A stretch of 64,000 bases of DNA, from the NCBI GenBank assembly GCA_963796685.1, contig CAWCMR010000008.1:544001-608000 (forward strand), written 5' to 3'. Origin of the DNA: an uncultured delta proteobacterium. Lineage in GTDB: Bacteria > Myxococcota_A > Polyangia > Fen-1088. Of this stretch, positions 62,093 to 64,000 are shown one piece after another. The translations under genes and the position numbers were made by a program. Numbering within the stretch: the stretch's first letter is position 1; every line of letters begins with the position of its first letter. Below the pieces are notes generated by a model, which saw only the letters and a program-made list of their open reading frames with translations, was not told the origin of the DNA and made no database searches.

Positions 62093-62121
62093 GACATCGA
62101 CCACGCCGTCGATGTCCTTTT
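62093..62121 (+). terminator. Intrinsic terminator
   Basis: gacatcgac-cacgcc-gtcgatgtc followed by ctttt. Confidence 0.6.
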
Positions 62122-62283
62122 GGGGGCGAGGTGAGCGACGAGCGAGGCAGCCTGCCGGAGGTGGTTCTCGTGGCCCAAGCGAAACCTCGGTTTGACTCGC
62201 GTGCGAAATGCCCCGACAATCATGCGGATGGGCCGGTGCGCGGTGGCCCACGGAACCCAACCTTGCGGCACGAGGAGATCATC

Positions 62284-62991
62284 ATGAAGCGAACCACACT
62301 CGTTCTTGCGGCCTTAGCGACGGTTCTGGTCGGAGCCTGCAAGGACGAAACCCCACCGGCCAAGACTCCGCCCGCACTGGCGCCCACGCCGGCACCCCGG
62401 CCACCGGTCAAGGCGGTCGTGGATGGTGGCCAGGGCGGGGACGCCCACCTGGGCATGATGGAAAAGTACGCGATTTGGAAAGCCAAGAAGGAGGCCGATG
62501 AGAAGCTGGCCACCCAGCTCGCCTCCGAGGAAGAGGCGCGTCTCATCAAGTTCGACAAGAGCAAGCTGCCCAAGCACCTGGCCCTGGTCGCCTTCGAGCA
62601 GAAGACGCGCCAAACGCTCGACCAAGCTGCCGAGAAGCTGAACGGTCAATTGGATGCTCCCGACCAGCTCAAGAAGCTGGCGGCTTCCCAGCGCAAGGCC
62701 ATCGAAGCCCAAGCTGCAAGCCTGCGTGCCATGGATCCCAAGGGAGGCAGCTCGGCCATCGGCACCGACCACGACGTGATTCTGAACCTGCTGGCCAATG
62801 ACTATCCCGAAGCCATCGTCGAGTTCTTCGGCGGCAAGACCAAACCCCTGGCCGAGGTCCGCGCCGAGTTGGACAGGCGTCAGAAGAAGATCGACACCTG
62901 GTTGGAAGAGGTGAAGAACAGCGGGAAGGAAGGTGGCAGCGGCAAGGAAATCAAGGGCAACGAGCCCAAAAAGGACAGCGGTAAGAAATAG
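62284..62991 (+). CDS. Hypothetical helical lipoprotein
   Basis: GAGGAG RBS, MKRTTLVLAALATVLVGAC. Confidence 0.8.
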   Translation: MKRTTLVLAALATVLVGACKDETPPAKTPPALAPTPAPRPPVKAVVDGGQGGDAHLGMMEKYAIWKAKKEADEKLATQLASEEEARLIKFDKSKLPKHLALVAFEQKTRQTLDQAAEKLNGQLDAPDQLKKLAASQRKAIEAQAASLRAMDPKGGSSAIGTDHDVILNLLANDYPEAIVEFFGGKTKPLAEVRAELDRRQKKIDTWLEEVKNSGKEGGSGKEIKGNEPKKDSGKK

Positions 62992-63090
62992 CGGGCGATC
63001 GGCACACCCTGTCCTGGCCGGCCGAGCACCTTTGGCCGTGGCGCAAGGCAGCCGTGCGCTGGTTGTAGATGTAGATCGAGGCCGCCGGTT

Positions 63091-64000
63091 TCACCGCGTG
63101 GCATCCGCCGCGTCTTCGAGGACGACCTCCGAGGCGGACTTGTCTTCGCGCAGGCCGAGAAAGATGGAATGGCGGAGCAGCCCGTCCTGGGTGAGTCCCG
63201 AGAACGAGACCTCGGCCACGAGCTCGGGCCTGACCCAGTGGACGGCGCGCGCCTCGGCACCGGTCGGCGCCTGCGCCAGGGCAGGCTGCCGATCGACCAG
63301 GCGAGTAAGCTTGCGGTGGAGCTGGCGCAGGGAATCCTCGCTGAATCCGGTGCCGACACGTCCCCGGTAGACGAGCCTGCCCCCCGTGTGGGTGGCCAGC
63401 AGCAGCGCCCCGACAAGCGTCCGCGAGCCTTTCGGATCGGTGAACCCCACCACGACGAGCTCTTGGCGCTGGCTGCACTTCATCTTCAACCAACTGCGGC
63501 TGCGCCCCGAGCGATAGGGCGCGTCCAGTTGTTTGGAAACGATCCCTTCCAGACCCATGCGAGCCGCCTGCGCAAGAAAGGCCGGCCCATGACCGATCAC
63601 GTGGTCGCTCAGGCGAAGGGTGGTGGCGCTGGGCGGTGGAACGTGAGCGAGCAGCTCAGCCAACAACGCCTTTCGTCGGACGAGCCCGACGCCGCGCAGA
63701 TCGACGCCGTTGAGGTAGAGCAAGTCGAAGGCAAAATAGACGAGGCGAGCGTCGCGCGCGCCGCCAAGCGCGGCCTGCAGGCGCTGAAAATCGCTCACCC
63801 CACGCTCGTCGAGGACGACCAGCTCGCCGTCGAGCAGGGCGGTCTTGACCGGGATGGTCTGCACCGCCTTCGCCAAGGCAGGCATGCGCTTCGTCCAGTC
63901 ATTCCCGCGACGAGAAAGCAGCGTCGCCCTGCCCTGCTCGACGCTGGCCAGGATGCGGTAACCGTCGAGCTTGATCTCGTGCAGCCAGTCTCGTCCGGCC
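63091..64000 (-). CDS. ligD: ATP-dependent DNA ligase, LigD ligase + OB domain (5' end outside window)
   Basis: WLHEIKLDGYR, LDGE, FDLLYL, LEGIVSK, Y.SGRS..WLK.K, VGTGF, LRH..F.GLREDK. Confidence 0.93.
   Translation of the reverse strand, partial: AGRDWLHEIKLDGYRILASVEQGRATLLSRRGNDWTKRMPALAKAVQTIPVKTALLDGELVVLDERGVSDFQRLQAALGGARDARLVYFAFDLLYLNGVDLRGVGLVRRKALLAELLAHVPPPSATTLRLSDHVIGHGPAFLAQAARMGLEGIVSKQLDAPYRSGRSRSWLKMKCSQRQELVVVGFTDPKGSRTLVGALLLATHTGGRLVYRGRVGTGFSEDSLRQLHRKLTRLVDRQPALAQAPTGAEARAVHWVRPELVAEVSFSGLTQDGLLRHSIFLGLREDKSASEVVLEDAADATR

Noticed and set aside
63091-64000. LigD lacking a C-terminal polymerase domain
   Set aside because: Domain order varies among LigD proteins and the N-terminal part lies outside the window.

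Overview
GC-rich window that looks myxobacterial (Ser/Thr kinases, TPR and MYXO-CTERM-like proteins, many lipoproteins). Chromosomal genes include partial dnaE, a mutH-like gene, tolC, ndh, ampG, GH12, a gshB-like gene, ccmABCD, a VIT/vWA protein, desaturase, a truC-like gene, mrp/nfuA, cfa and partial ligD. They flank a ~15 kb defence-type island (~29.5-44.4 kb). The island holds five parts: (i) an uncharacterised two-gene module (386-aa protein plus a 148-aa putative ADP-ribosyltransferase-fold protein); (ii) a NucS-like PD-(D/E)XK nuclease; (iii) a translationally coupled ECF-sigma-like / small helical protein / IrrE-ImmA metalloprotease triad, divergent from a small HTH gene and DUF3892; (iv) a type I R-M operon (hsdR-hsdM-hsdS) extended by a HEXXH peptidase, a HipA-like kinase and DUF3037; (v) an intact ISL3 (18-bp IRs, 8-bp TSD) that splits the kinase. 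Seven single-base frameshifts occur in five genes and five of them sit at AGCT, which suggests modification-linked sequencing errors. Two families of short periodic inverted repeats occur in intergenic regions. No tRNA, rRNA or CRISPR array was seen. Family assignments come from motif recognition by eye, not from database searches.
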